A stretch of DNA of 63,809 nt, counting the filler, from Klebsormidium nitens (Eukaryota; Plantae; Klebsormidiophyceae): NCBI GenBank assembly GCA_000708835.1. It is 4 parts of 4 records of this genome, joined end to end, with 100 filler letters (N's around TTAATTAATTAA, not from the genome) between each part and the next. Parts side by side here need not be neighbours in the genome. Positions count along the whole stretch, not along the records: positions 37,322 to 62,219 come from DF237847.1; 3 more parts are not named here. One strand, written 5' to 3'. Below the pieces are notes generated by a model that was given only the letters and a program-made list of their open reading frames with translations, ran no database searches and was not told the origin of the DNA. Position numbers and translations under genes: made by a program. Below are positions 48,401 to 60,000 of the stretch, one piece after another. Each line of letters starts with the position of its first letter. Position 1 is the stretch's first letter.

Positions 48401-51400
48401 AGCAGATTGCCTGGGAACCGATGGAGCCGCATGCACGTCGTCTCGGGAGTCGAGGGACCTCGCTATACAGGGGCTGCCCAGCGAGGAAAAGGATCAAAAT
48501 GAAGAACATGTGACGTCAGCAGAGCGGCTTTCGACGTTTTCAAACGATGCAAAGCGCATATCCATCGTCTCTTGAGAGTCGAGGACCTTGCGATACAAGG
48601 GCTGCCGTCAAACAAGCGGAATGACGTCAGCCAGAGCAAAGGGCGACATCAGTGGAACAGGCGTGCCTCGAACACTTTAGCAGCACTTCAGGGCGGAGGT
48701 TGCAGGCGTCGTCGAGCGCCACGTGGTAAACACACCTGACAGTTCGCCAGGTTGACGACAACTATCAAACAGCGCTTTGACCAAAACTTACGGCCGTTGT
48801 GGAGTTACGCGTACTAGAGTTTGGAAGTCCCCGTAAGTTTGCTTTGAAACCCTGTGCTAATGCTTCTTAAAGGCCCTGAAATGATCAGACACCTTGCCTC
48901 GAGCAGCACTTGAGGCAGAGCTTGCGGTCGTCGTCGAGCGGCACGTACTGAACTTCTGAAGGCCCGTAACCTCAAAAGCCGGAAACGGAAAAGCCTATCT
49001 CTCCAGACACCAAAGATATCCGAAAACCTTCAGACACCTCACCTGGCAGTCTGCGGTGTCAACGACAATGCTGGAGCAGCACTCGAGGCAGATCTTGCGG
49101 CCGTCATCGAGCGTCACGTACTAGACATCTGAAGAACTGCAACCTCAAATGGATAACCTAGAACCTTGTCAAACAACCAAATGTCGAGGGACATTACCTG
49201 ACAGTCTGCAGTGTCCACAACAACGCTCGAGCAGCACTCGAGGCAGAGCTTGCGCCCGTCATCGAGCGTCACGTACTGGACATCGACGGGCTCCATGCGA
49301 TCGCACGCGCAACAGCGCGCGGTGCTATCCGTCTCGTGCACGGGGCAGTGCTTGTCACGCCAGAACGGGTGTGAGCGGAACTCGATGATGCGGTGCTCGT
49401 TCGCCGGAATCTAGCGGAACAGAGGATGTGAAATTAGCACTTTCCAGGATAGTTATACTGAAGTCTGGAGTGTTGCTTCGAGGGCATCTAAGAGGAATTT
49501 CGTTATGAGTCCGTTGGCCGGATCTGAGCGAGGTAATGGAAGTTGATATGGACATGAGAGCCTAAAAGGTCAAGTGGGTCATTATTGTACAACAATTTTG
49601 CAAAGGAAGAGCGCGCGGAATGGCAATGAGTTCGGCGAGAGAGCAAAGATGATCAAAAGGGTGTGTCTCTCTTTCAGAGAGTGCAAGCGGTATGTGCTGC
49701 GGGCCTCGTTGATGACGATGTGCGCAGGTAATCGTACTCTGACGTCACATGAAAGCCGGCACGACTTGTGAGCGGCAAGCAAGTGCGGCCGGCCCGACAG
49801 TCGTCCCTTCCGTTCTGTTTCGTCTCTACAAACTTTCGGACTTCGCTGCTCTGCGTTTGATGCAGGAGATTGTCTTCTGACGTCACGAAAACATCCAGCA
49901 CTACTCCTGAGCAGCAAGCTTTGCGGCCCAGCAGTCGCCCCTTCCGTTCTTTCTCCTCTCTACAAACTCTCGGCGCTTTACATTCGAGCTCCTTATGGGG
50001 CTAGTAAACTCGGTGGGGCGTATATTTTTCGAGCTTGTTAGGAAGCTAGGCAAGCGCTCTCTCTGGCGTGTATTCACTCACCGGCATTCGGCAGACGGAG
50101 CACCGGGGATGAATGTGCTTCAGGTAGCACGCCTCGTGGTAAGTGTCGCCGTTATGTACCTTGGTTCCCCCCGAAATCTTTCCGCTGCACGACTTGCACA
50201 CCAAACATGCCTCGTGCCACGTCTGGTCCGCGGTCTTGAGGTACCGCCCAGTAATGGGCTGCTTGCACCGTGTGCAGATTCTAGAGAGATAAAAATTTGG
50301 GATGAGTCGCAAAGATGACAATGCTCAAGGTTGAGAGCTTTTTAAAGAGTCTCACTCGAGAAGTCTTGCATGGTCTTGAGGTACCGCCCAGTAATTGGCT
50401 CCTTGCACCGTATGCAGATTCTGGATGAATAGAAAAATTGCGCTAAGTCGCAAAAGTGAGCATGCTTGTGTAAAAGTAAAATGCTTACGGTAGGAACTGT
50501 TGTTACAAAAAACTCTAAGTCTGAAAAACCACTTGAAGTGTCTGTCACGCTCTTGAGATACCGCCCGGTAGTCGACTGCGTGCACCGCATACAGACCCTG
50601 CGAACAGGGTTCGGAATGATGTTCCAACAGATCTGTGATAACAGGCAATCTTGACGCAACGTCCCGTCTTTGGCTGCTTGCATTGTCGTTCTTCAGGGGA
50701 CGAGAGAAACCGCAAGGGAGCGAGATGCCCTACAGCAGAACCTGTCTGACAATGTGCGCAGCTGAGGTTTCGTTGTCCTCGTTTTTAATCTCGCTTGGAA
50801 CGCAACAAACGTCCCATGCGGTATAATCGTGCTCTGTCAGATTCTTCTACCTCTGCATCAAGAATGTGACCATTTCGTATCTCAAAACACGCCATCTGCA
50901 AAGCTCGCCCGCGACAAATGTGGTCGTCTGTTGACTTGCAAGTACATATTGAGGAATGCAGCATTGATCTCTTCAATCAATGTTTAAGAAACTGCTTCTG
51001 ACAGAGAAGTGCGGTTCTAAAGCAGCGCCGCATTAGTGGCAGCTTGCACCGCGTGCAGTGGGACAGAGAATTGCCTCCAAAACGCCCCCCTGATTTCGAA
51101 GATTCGCAACCTCAGCTCCGGAGGTCTGGGCGTAAGGAAAAGTAGACCTTGCCAGTGGGGTCACATTGGCCACAAATTTTCAACGTCAATGCCTGTGAAA
51201 GCAAAAAAAAAGGGGGGCAAATCCAAGGGACCAGGCAGCGATAAACTCAGGTATAATAACGTGCAATACAACCGAACGAAGACCGCTCACAGGAATTAGA
51301 GGCAAAGACTTTGACGTTACCTTGTAAGAAACAAAAGGAAGGAGAATCAAGAAGATGCACAAGGGTGCTCACTCTTGAGCGGTGGCAGGCCCCAGATTCG

Positions 51401-53009
51401 ACAGTCGTTGCCCCAACGACCTCAACGGCGCCGGAATCTGCGGAAGGCTCCCCAGCGACCCCCCCAAAGGCAGCCTGAACCCGCCACGTGGCGCCCCGCC
51501 GTTGGCCGCCCCGCTCGGTGCGCCCGGTGGCGTTCCACCATTGGCTAGCCGGTCCTCGAGGGCGAGCTGCTCCTGGAGGTTTCGAGCGATCTCTTCGTCG
51601 GAGGCGGGGGGCGGGATGGGAGACGGGTGCGCGACGACTTCGACGGAGCGCGCATCTTCCTCTTGGAGCCGGAGGGCGAGCAGGCGGTCGCGCTCCTCTT
51701 CGGATTTCCTTGGACCTGGACGGAGTGACAAACAGTTTGAATGGTTCGAAATATATTGGATTGGAGTGTAATATATTTCATTGTTTTGAAATCCTTGACC
51801 GGAGTGTAATCATATGGTCGAAAGCGCTGGGCTGTTCAGGAATAGAAAGCGTTCTTGATGCACTCAGCAAGTGGTTCTTTGTGTTTGGAAGGTCCGGACT
51901 GGCTAAGCACCTGGACAATTAGGCAGTTGTGCTGCTTTTTGGACCTCGTCAGACCTGCATACAGTTTGGGGGATGAAGTTTCTGTGACCAATCAGGACAC
52001 TGGAGCTCAAGATAATCCAAGAACCCAAGTATCTGCTTGGAATGATAATTCCGAGATGGACTGAAGTCAGATCAAAAGGTTCACCGGAACATCATTACGC
52101 TCTTCTTTGGATTCTGAGAACACTTCAAAATATTCAGAGCAGGGAGAATGCCTGAAACGGTCTAGGCAGGTGGCGCACAATCGATTGGGTGGCTCTGAAA
52201 GTGGAAACACTTTGGACTGTAAGGACAAGTTGTACCATTTTGACAAGGAGGTAAATGCTCTTGTCTCGGGCTTTCCTGACTTTCTCTGACCATACCAAAA
52301 GAAACGCGCGCATCAATGTAGATAGTCAAGTGACTGGGTTGCTTCTCAGTGGAAGGCTTCACCGAGAGACACTGTGATTTGTCTATGTCCTTCTCAGCCT
52401 GCTGCCAGTTCTGGTGACCAACTGCTTTGACTAACTGCAGAGGCCCCAGCCCAGAACCAATGACATTCAAAGAAGCAGAAGGGAGCAGAAACTCTCACCC
52501 TTACGGTTTTCCTCTGCGGCCAGCCTTAAAGCCAGCTCCCTATCTTGCTCATCCTGACTGCGCGATGCTCCCCCCCCATTTGCAACCTCTCCATTCACAG
52601 CAGTCCCAGCTAAACCCCCATGTACTCCCTGCCGCCTCTGACGAGACGCTCCTCCGCTGCTAAACCCCGAGTCACCATTCTGCAAACCTGGTCCTAGGTT
52701 TCCAAGAGCACCATTCGTGCTGGAAGAAGGTTTTGGGGACGACTTGGGACCGCTGTCCAAGATGCTGCCAAACCCTGGAATGAAAGCCAGCCCTCCTGGA
52801 CCTCCTATAGAGCTGCTGGCGTTAGGAGCTGTGCTAGGGGGGGTGCGATTGCTGCTGGGATTCGGGGAGGGAAGTCCTCCAACATTGCCCCATGTCGGTG
52901 GAGAACTAGAAGCGGGGGATGGTCGGGGAGGAGTCCCTTGGTCTGCCAAACTGGCCGCCAAAGCGAGCTCCAATTGGCGGGCTTCTTCTCGAGCCAGAGC
53001 TTCGTCCAT
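45412..53009 (-). CDS. DA1: DA1/DAR-family ubiquitin-activated metallopeptidase (UIMs, LIM, LIM-like, peptidase)
   Basis: Exons ~53009-52499, 51715-51373, 50280-50082, 49410-49198, 48044-47904, 46653-46410 and 45755-45412. UIM EEARQLELALAASL, LIM CTRCKQPI...[77 protein letters not shown] (HExxH) and EEGICQVLAHMWL. The symbol is family-level only. Confidence 0.93.
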
Positions 53010-54042
53010 TCTTTTGAGGGCTGTGAGGGAGGAGGAAACCAGCTTCAGTGAAACTCAGGAAGATACTCTCTTAGGGTTTTCCCTCCCTCTAATACAATCC
53101 TTGATTGTGACCCTCCTTCAAAATCAAGGTCCCAATCTGATTTTATTCAGCTGAGACAGCTGCCAAACTTCCAATTGACAGCTAAAGGCGTTGTATCGAG
53201 GCTCCGCAATCGTGTGCGATTGAGGGCAATTGTCAAGAGGGGACTGCCCGGAATTTGGAGGGTCAGTTTTGATTGCACACTTTGTGGTTTTAGAGAGTTG
53301 CACAGACTACATCTGAGACTTGCATTCACCTGACATGATTTGTGGAGCTTGTTTCGAGGGTTGGCGCTTGAAAGGGCAATGCTTCGGAACGACGGAAGAG
53401 CAAAATTAGGGTTTGATCTCAGTCTAATAAACCTTCGCAATGATCAGCACGAGAAGCTTACCTCGGACAAGAGTCTGAGGTTCCACCACTTGCGCTGATC
53501 TTCAAGCCGTACACAAGCCGTTCACAATGACAGTTGAGCAGCAGACTTTGCTCCCCAGCTGATGCAATTTCAGTGACAGCAACGAGCAATTGTTCAGTTT
53601 ATCCTAAGTGCGGGGAAAATATGCCTTCCTGAAAGTTTCCCAATTCTGAAGCTGATGCTTTCTGGCCCACTCAAAGAACCATCTCCCCAAGGATTTTTCA
53701 GCTAGAAGAAAAACAAGACTTGGATGACAAGTGGCAGAAATTGATTCAGATTCTAGACTTTGAGTAGAGTAGCAAACAAATCACCTCTGCTAACTTGAAA
53801 TTTGTAGTTGGGGGGTCCGTTTTGCTGCCCGTTTTACCCCCCTTCCTTAGCTGATACACTAATCTACTCGACATGGGGGGATCAGTTCGCGTCCAGCCGA
53901 ACCCCCCAGGCATGTTATTTGTTAAGGTTTGATCACAAGCTTCGCGAGCTTGATGGGAGCCTCTTTTACCCAGTGCTCCTAAGGCTGCATGCAGAATCTT
54001 AGAAGTCTGTGCTTTTGACTTCGTGTGATTGCGGAAGCTCTA
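53010..54042. promoter_or_regulatory. Divergent intergenic region between DA1 and LPEAT with two telo-boxes
   Basis: TAGGGTTT at ~53072 and ~53407 between head-to-head start codons. Confidence 0.4.
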
Positions 54043-57000
54043 ATGCCAATGGCGCCTAGTAAAGTCGCCCCCAGCAACGGCGCCCCTGACGTCGATGAGG
54101 ACACCACCGCCGCCCAGGCTCCTCACAGGCGGCCACCTGTCTCTCCTCTTGGAACCCCTCCCGACATCCCAATCGAATCCACAATCGATCCATTCACAGC
54201 TCAAACTGTCCACCCAGAAGGGCTCTATGAGATTCTCAAGACCATTGTGATGCTCCCCATTGTCCTGATCCGCGTTGTCTTCATTCTGCTTTCTCTGCTG
54301 CTGGGTTACAGTTGGGCGTTGCTCGTATTAACCGGGGTTAAGGACACCAAACAACCGTACCCAAAGTGGCGGGGAAAGTTGCTCTATGGAACCAGGCTGT
54401 GCGCCAGGGGGGTTTTGTTTGGCCTCGGCTATCACTGGATTCCAACGAAGGGGGAGCTGGCTCCACGCGAGGTTGCGCCGATTGTGGTTGGAAACCACAT
54501 GAGTTTCACGGAACCGGTCTTCTTCTTCTTCCGCCTGCTGCCGGCGATCGTGAGCGCGAAACAGCACGAGAGCATGCCAATCATCGGCACCATAATCAAA
54601 GCCATGCAGGTGGGGCGAGAATCGTGCTAACACCTTCTTCCTCAGGTCTTTGTTGCCCTATTTACGGGGGCATCAACATTGCGCCAGCTCATCCTCTATT
54701 GTCCAACTGTATTGTATGTTTGCAAGAAGTTCTTAGTGGAACGTCCACGGTTGCTGCAAAGTAATGCTCTTACTAGTTTGTAACGCTGTGTTTTTTCTCG
54801 TTTTCTTTTGAACAGTCACCGTGAGTGTTTCTGTTTTCCAGACTCTTGTATGGGGCTCTGTGGCTGAAAAGTTCAGGTTTTGCAATTTTGTCTTGATTAA
54901 GTGCTATCCCGTCTCTGGTGACTTTTAAGTCAACAAGATTGTTGCAGACAAGCTTGCTGTTACAATACAAGAGTTCTAGGAGGCAGGTTTGCAGTTGAGA
55001 ACGAAAGCATGTTAAGAATTTGGCTGGGCACGTTGGTGCTTTTGGTTGTTCCTTTGCGCTTTCCTAGAATTCTTTTAAGAGTTCGAATATTTTAAGAAAC
55101 TGATTCTGGGGCGATAGGAGCGCTTAACTTTGAACAAGCTTTCGTTTGAACTCTGCTTCCTTTCTTAACGAAGTGATCAAAAGAAGTTGGTGAGATACCT
55201 TACGCCATCCCCCTATTGGAGCCAGATTTTGGGACAAGAATCTAGAACAGTCACAGTTGGCTTCATTGCACTACTTATGGGGACTGGTCACTATGGATCG
55301 CTGAAAGAGAGTTTCAGTAACTTTCTCCTTACAACCTAATAGCCCACCTCTAGTTCAGCTCTTATTGACTTGAATATTTGAGAGCCAAGCACATCCCTGA
55401 AGTGTCAAGGGCGCCGTGTGTGTTTTGGGGACCATGTATAGATTCTATTACCTCTTTTTGCAGACGATCTCGGTGGACCGGAGCTCCTCCGAGTCACGAT
55501 ACGCTGCAGCGGGCGCTGTGAAGCGCAAGGCGATGGACAACATCTGGCCACGCGTACTGCTTTTTCCTGAGGGTGAGCAGGAAACTCATGCATCATGCAC
55601 CTTCTCTTCATACATGAAGACTTCCTCCTTTTCAAACTGATTGTTTAGGCTGGGCCAGTGATGTCAACATCTACAAAAGCAGTTGCCTGTCAATCTTTGC
55701 CACGACGACCACATGAAGAACATCACCAGACACAAAAATTGCCTGTCTCATGATGTTGCCTGGACCAATACTATTTTGCTGCCTTCAAGTCCTAGACCGG
55801 AGAGCCCTTCTTTGGACTCGCAGGAAAGGGTTGCTCACACAACCTGAGAAGTCACCTGAAGATTCAATTCTCATTTCCGAGATTGCGGAGTCCTAGGGTG
55901 CATCTTTGGTCCTACTCAGCTTCGGCCAGTGACTGATTCCACAATTCGTTGTTGACACGTGTCGCACAACCATGACCTGGGAAGCATGCGACGATCCAGA
56001 AAGTTGCGCGGTATCTGTGGTGAAAGTCGTGGGCTGATATAAACCAAACGGTTACTAATCTGGCTGCGCCCATGGGGCGATCGGGGAGATCTTCATCCAA
56101 AGCGTTCCGGCCACGTATCCCCCTTTAGAGTGTGGCACGAGCAAGTCGTGTTCCGATCTTCGTTGACTGACAAATACCGTCTCCTGAAGAGGGAAACGAT
56201 CATCGATCTTGTAATTGGAAATTTTATTTTTTGCACGAACAATTCCGCTGTATCACTCTCACTGTAAAAGGGAGTGCATCACTTTCACCAACCTTCGCGG
56301 ATTCCTGGGCAAGTAGGTTGAAGTAATTTCTTCTTGTCTTCTGTTTAGCTCCGCTGATGAAACATGTCTTTTCTTAAAGGCCAGTTCGATGATAAGGTGA
56401 CTCTAATGTTCCAGGTTGCACCACAAACGGCAAGGGCCTGGGCCGCTTTCAATGCGGGGGCTTCCGGCCGCCCCTCTGTTTGCAGCTTAATGAACTGTAG
56501 ACCGCGCAATGCAGCAACAGACGCAACGTGTTCTGTAAGAGATTAAAGTAACCACCAACTTCGTGGTCAGTCGATCTTATCTAGAGGAGCTTGTTGCTGT
56601 CTTGGGTTGCACGACCAACGGCAAGGGCCTGGCTGCAATCAAGGCGGGGGGCTTCCGGCCAAGCCTCTGGAGGTATGTGTCTCTAGGAAGAAGGAGGCCG
56701 TCTCCAACGTTGCAAAGTCTTGATGCAATCCCGCTTAGAGAGTGTTGATCTTTTTCCAGGTTGCACCACAAACGGCAAGGGTCTGGCCACGTTCAAAGCG
56801 GGCGGCTTCCGGCCGCTGCTCCCGGTACAGCCCGTCGCGATCAAGTACCCGTACGTGCACTACGACGGCAGCTGGGCGGACCCGGTGGCCCCGAGCATTT
56901 TCTATCTGGCGTTCCGAATGATGTCCCAGGTTAGATTCCAAAAGCTTCTGAAACTTGAGCTTCTGAGATCATGGCCTGCTGCATTATCCTGGCGCAGCGC

Positions 57001-60000
57001 CGACCTCGCGCCGAGCAACATCTACCGGCCGTTTCGGATGATGTCCTAGGTCGGTTTCAAGGTCCAGGTTTTGAGGTTAGTCTTCAGGTCAATTTCAAGC
57101 TCTCCGACTCAGTTTCGAGGTAATTTAGGTCAGTTTCCCGGTCAGCTTCGAGGTTTCTTCAGTAAGAGCGGTAATTCACACAATCTGGTTTCCTTGAATT
57201 GATGCCGCAAGTTTGCTTCACTTGGGGGCTATTGCGATCTGTGCCACCATTGGTGTTAACCAATCATCACAGTCGACCTTGAAAAGCGAGAACAGTCCAA
57301 TGTCAATTTGAAAAACTCTCAGAGTTGAGCATCTGAAGAGGTGCAATCATGCTGCGCTGCATTCTAACTCGCTTATCGCAAAGCTGCCAACCACTTTGAG
57401 CCATTGCAACGTGCGCTGCCGCATCATTGCTAGCCAACTGTTCCATCGATCTGAACAGCATGAGACGTCCGGAAATGCAACTTTTTTTGGAGGGTTTGAT
57501 CCTGGGTTTCAGAAATGCGTCCTCTGCACAACATCCGGCGCACCCTTCGCCGACAAGAATGTCAAGTTCGTCTTCGTTTGTTTCACAAGAGGTTAAAAAG
57601 GGCGTCACAGGACCGGTCCTACGTCAAAGCGACCAAAATGCCCGGCATCAGGGCCAGCTTGGTCGCCGAGGGCACTTTTCGAGATGGAGTCTGGGCCGTC
57701 CGATGGAATTTCCCCTCAGGACTCAGATGCACGAGTGTACCTTGACATCTGACGCCCTCTTTAAGATTCATTGAGATGTTCAAAAATCATCTTATCGTCT
57801 TCGCGCAGTTCCACAACTTCATGTCCGTTGAGTACCTGCCCGTGATCTACCCAACCTCGCGGGAGAAGCGGGAAAACGACTACATGGCTTTCGCTGAACG
57901 GGTAAGAAGCGAGTGCAATATTCAAGCCGTGCAGCGGCGAATTCGTGAAGCAGTAAGGTAAAGTGCAGTCGAGAAGCGCAGTCTGTGCTCGTTTGACAAG
58001 GACATTGATCTGCATAACCCCCGCATTCGTTCGGCTCCTGTAAGCATCCGCGTGAATCACGAGCGAGTCAGCTTTCGCTCACAGGTGAAAGCGCATTACT
58101 CAGGCTTACGACGAGAGTGATTACTGGACATTTGGAAGTCTTTACAAACGGTATGATACCGACACAGCGGGGCCGGGTTCGGAGAGTGGCAATACGGCCA
58201 GCTTTTCCTGGTCGTCGTTTGTGTGAAGAAGCATCGGCGGACGACGAGTTGCAAAGCCTCTTCCTAACCGATGTTTTGCTTTCCTGTTGACGGGCTTGTG
58301 ATACTTTTGTCGACCACTTCCTGGGCGTTTTGTCACGTGATCCAGAGAAGACAGGACCTGAGAAGTGAGACCGGAATGCAGATTCAGACGTATGCAACGT
58401 ATGTTGGCCGACCGAGCTGACGTATGCCAACTCTCAGCTTCTGTCCAACACGATAGGGTTGGAAATATCATCGCCTTTGAAGAAAGATGAGTAGCATAGG
58501 GGCAAGCGAAAAGCATGTCGAAAAAGTTCGTTTGCAGCTAAAACAGGAGGTTGCCAGAGCACGCAGCGTGCCCCTGCGCGGAATCACCTACGCCGACTGC
58601 CATTTCTGTTTCGCCAACACTCGGTCATCGACTGAGGGATGAACCTACATCCCAAACGCTATGGGTGCGCTTCTGACCAGACAAGATTGTTTTGCGCAGG
58701 TCCGATGGGAGATCGTCCAGAAGTGCAACTTGCTCCTGACCGAGTTCACCTGCACCGACTGCAGTTCTCTTTCGCAAAGTCGTTCAACGATTGAAGAAGG
58801 GTTGAACCTACATCCCAAACGCTATGAATGCGCTTCTAACCAAACAAGAACATTACACGCAGGTTCGATGGGAGATTGCCAGAGCGTGCAACGTGCCCCT
58901 GACCGAGTTCACGTACGCCACCTGCCAGACCCTTAAAAGCAGGAAAGGAATAACCCCTATCTGATTTTAACTCTCAAACACACTAGTGCTAGTGGAGGCA
59001 GTGAATAATTGCGAACGAGAATCTTTCCTCCGCAGGTCCGATGGGAGATTGCCAAGGCGTGCAACGTGCCCCTGACGGAGTTCACGTACGCCGACTGCCA
59101 GCTAGGCATGCGCGCCAAGAACAAGCACCTTGCGCGCCGCGTCCCGTCCGTCTTCATCGAGTTTGGCAAGTTCGAGAAGCTATACGACCTCAACGTCAGA
59201 ATAGCTTATGGGTGGCTGGACAAGTTTGGGGAGGCGAGCCGGGGAAAGAACGGGGTGATTACAAAGGAGGACTTCCAAGAGTACTTGGGGCTGGGGCGCA
59301 GACTGGGAGCTGAGGTGAGTGTGAAAGCGCGCGCGATTTGGTGTGAATAGGCACCTAAGTGGGCTCCGGTTGGGAGCGGAAGCGAGTGTGAAGAGCCACG
59401 CGGCTTGATGTTAACAGGCACTTGTGTGGGCCCCGGTTGACACCGGGTGGGTGTGAAGAGGCACGCAACTGGTGTAAATGGGCACCGACTTGGAGGGTGC
59501 TGATCATGGGCACGTGCCTGGACGTGATCGACTGAGCCACACGATTTGTGCAAATCGGCACTGATCTGTTGACGTGACAGGGACATCGTTTTAAACTCTT
59601 CCATGTTTCGCTTCAGGTGTTTAACACCCTCTTCGACTTGAACGGGACCGAGGGCATCAACTTTAGAGAGGTGCGTCTTCTCCGCTCCCCCTTTTATCCG
59701 TCCGTTCTCCGCCAGCTTTCTGTCTCGCACTCCATACTTCCGCCTCCCTTCCGTCCGTCCTTTCCTTGGTGCCCTTTTCTTTGACGTTCTTCTATAATCC
59801 CTCCTTCCCTGTCCTTTTCTTCCGCATCTTTCTTCCTGGCAGCGTGCTCTTCCAATGTAGCTATCAGATTGATACATTTTGCGTCTTTTATTCTGACTGT
59901 AACATGTGTATCTTCGATTCTGAATGCAACGCCCTCGGCTTATGGTGCTTTAAATGGTGTCCACTTGAAAGTACTGACTTGTATTCTAGAGAATCAAATG

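Noticed and set aside
57427-57774. Intronic ORF with QLFLEGLILGFR...EVKKGVTGP, faintly like a DIRS/Ngaro RT start
   Set aside because: It is too short and degenerate, and no downstream RT motifs were found.
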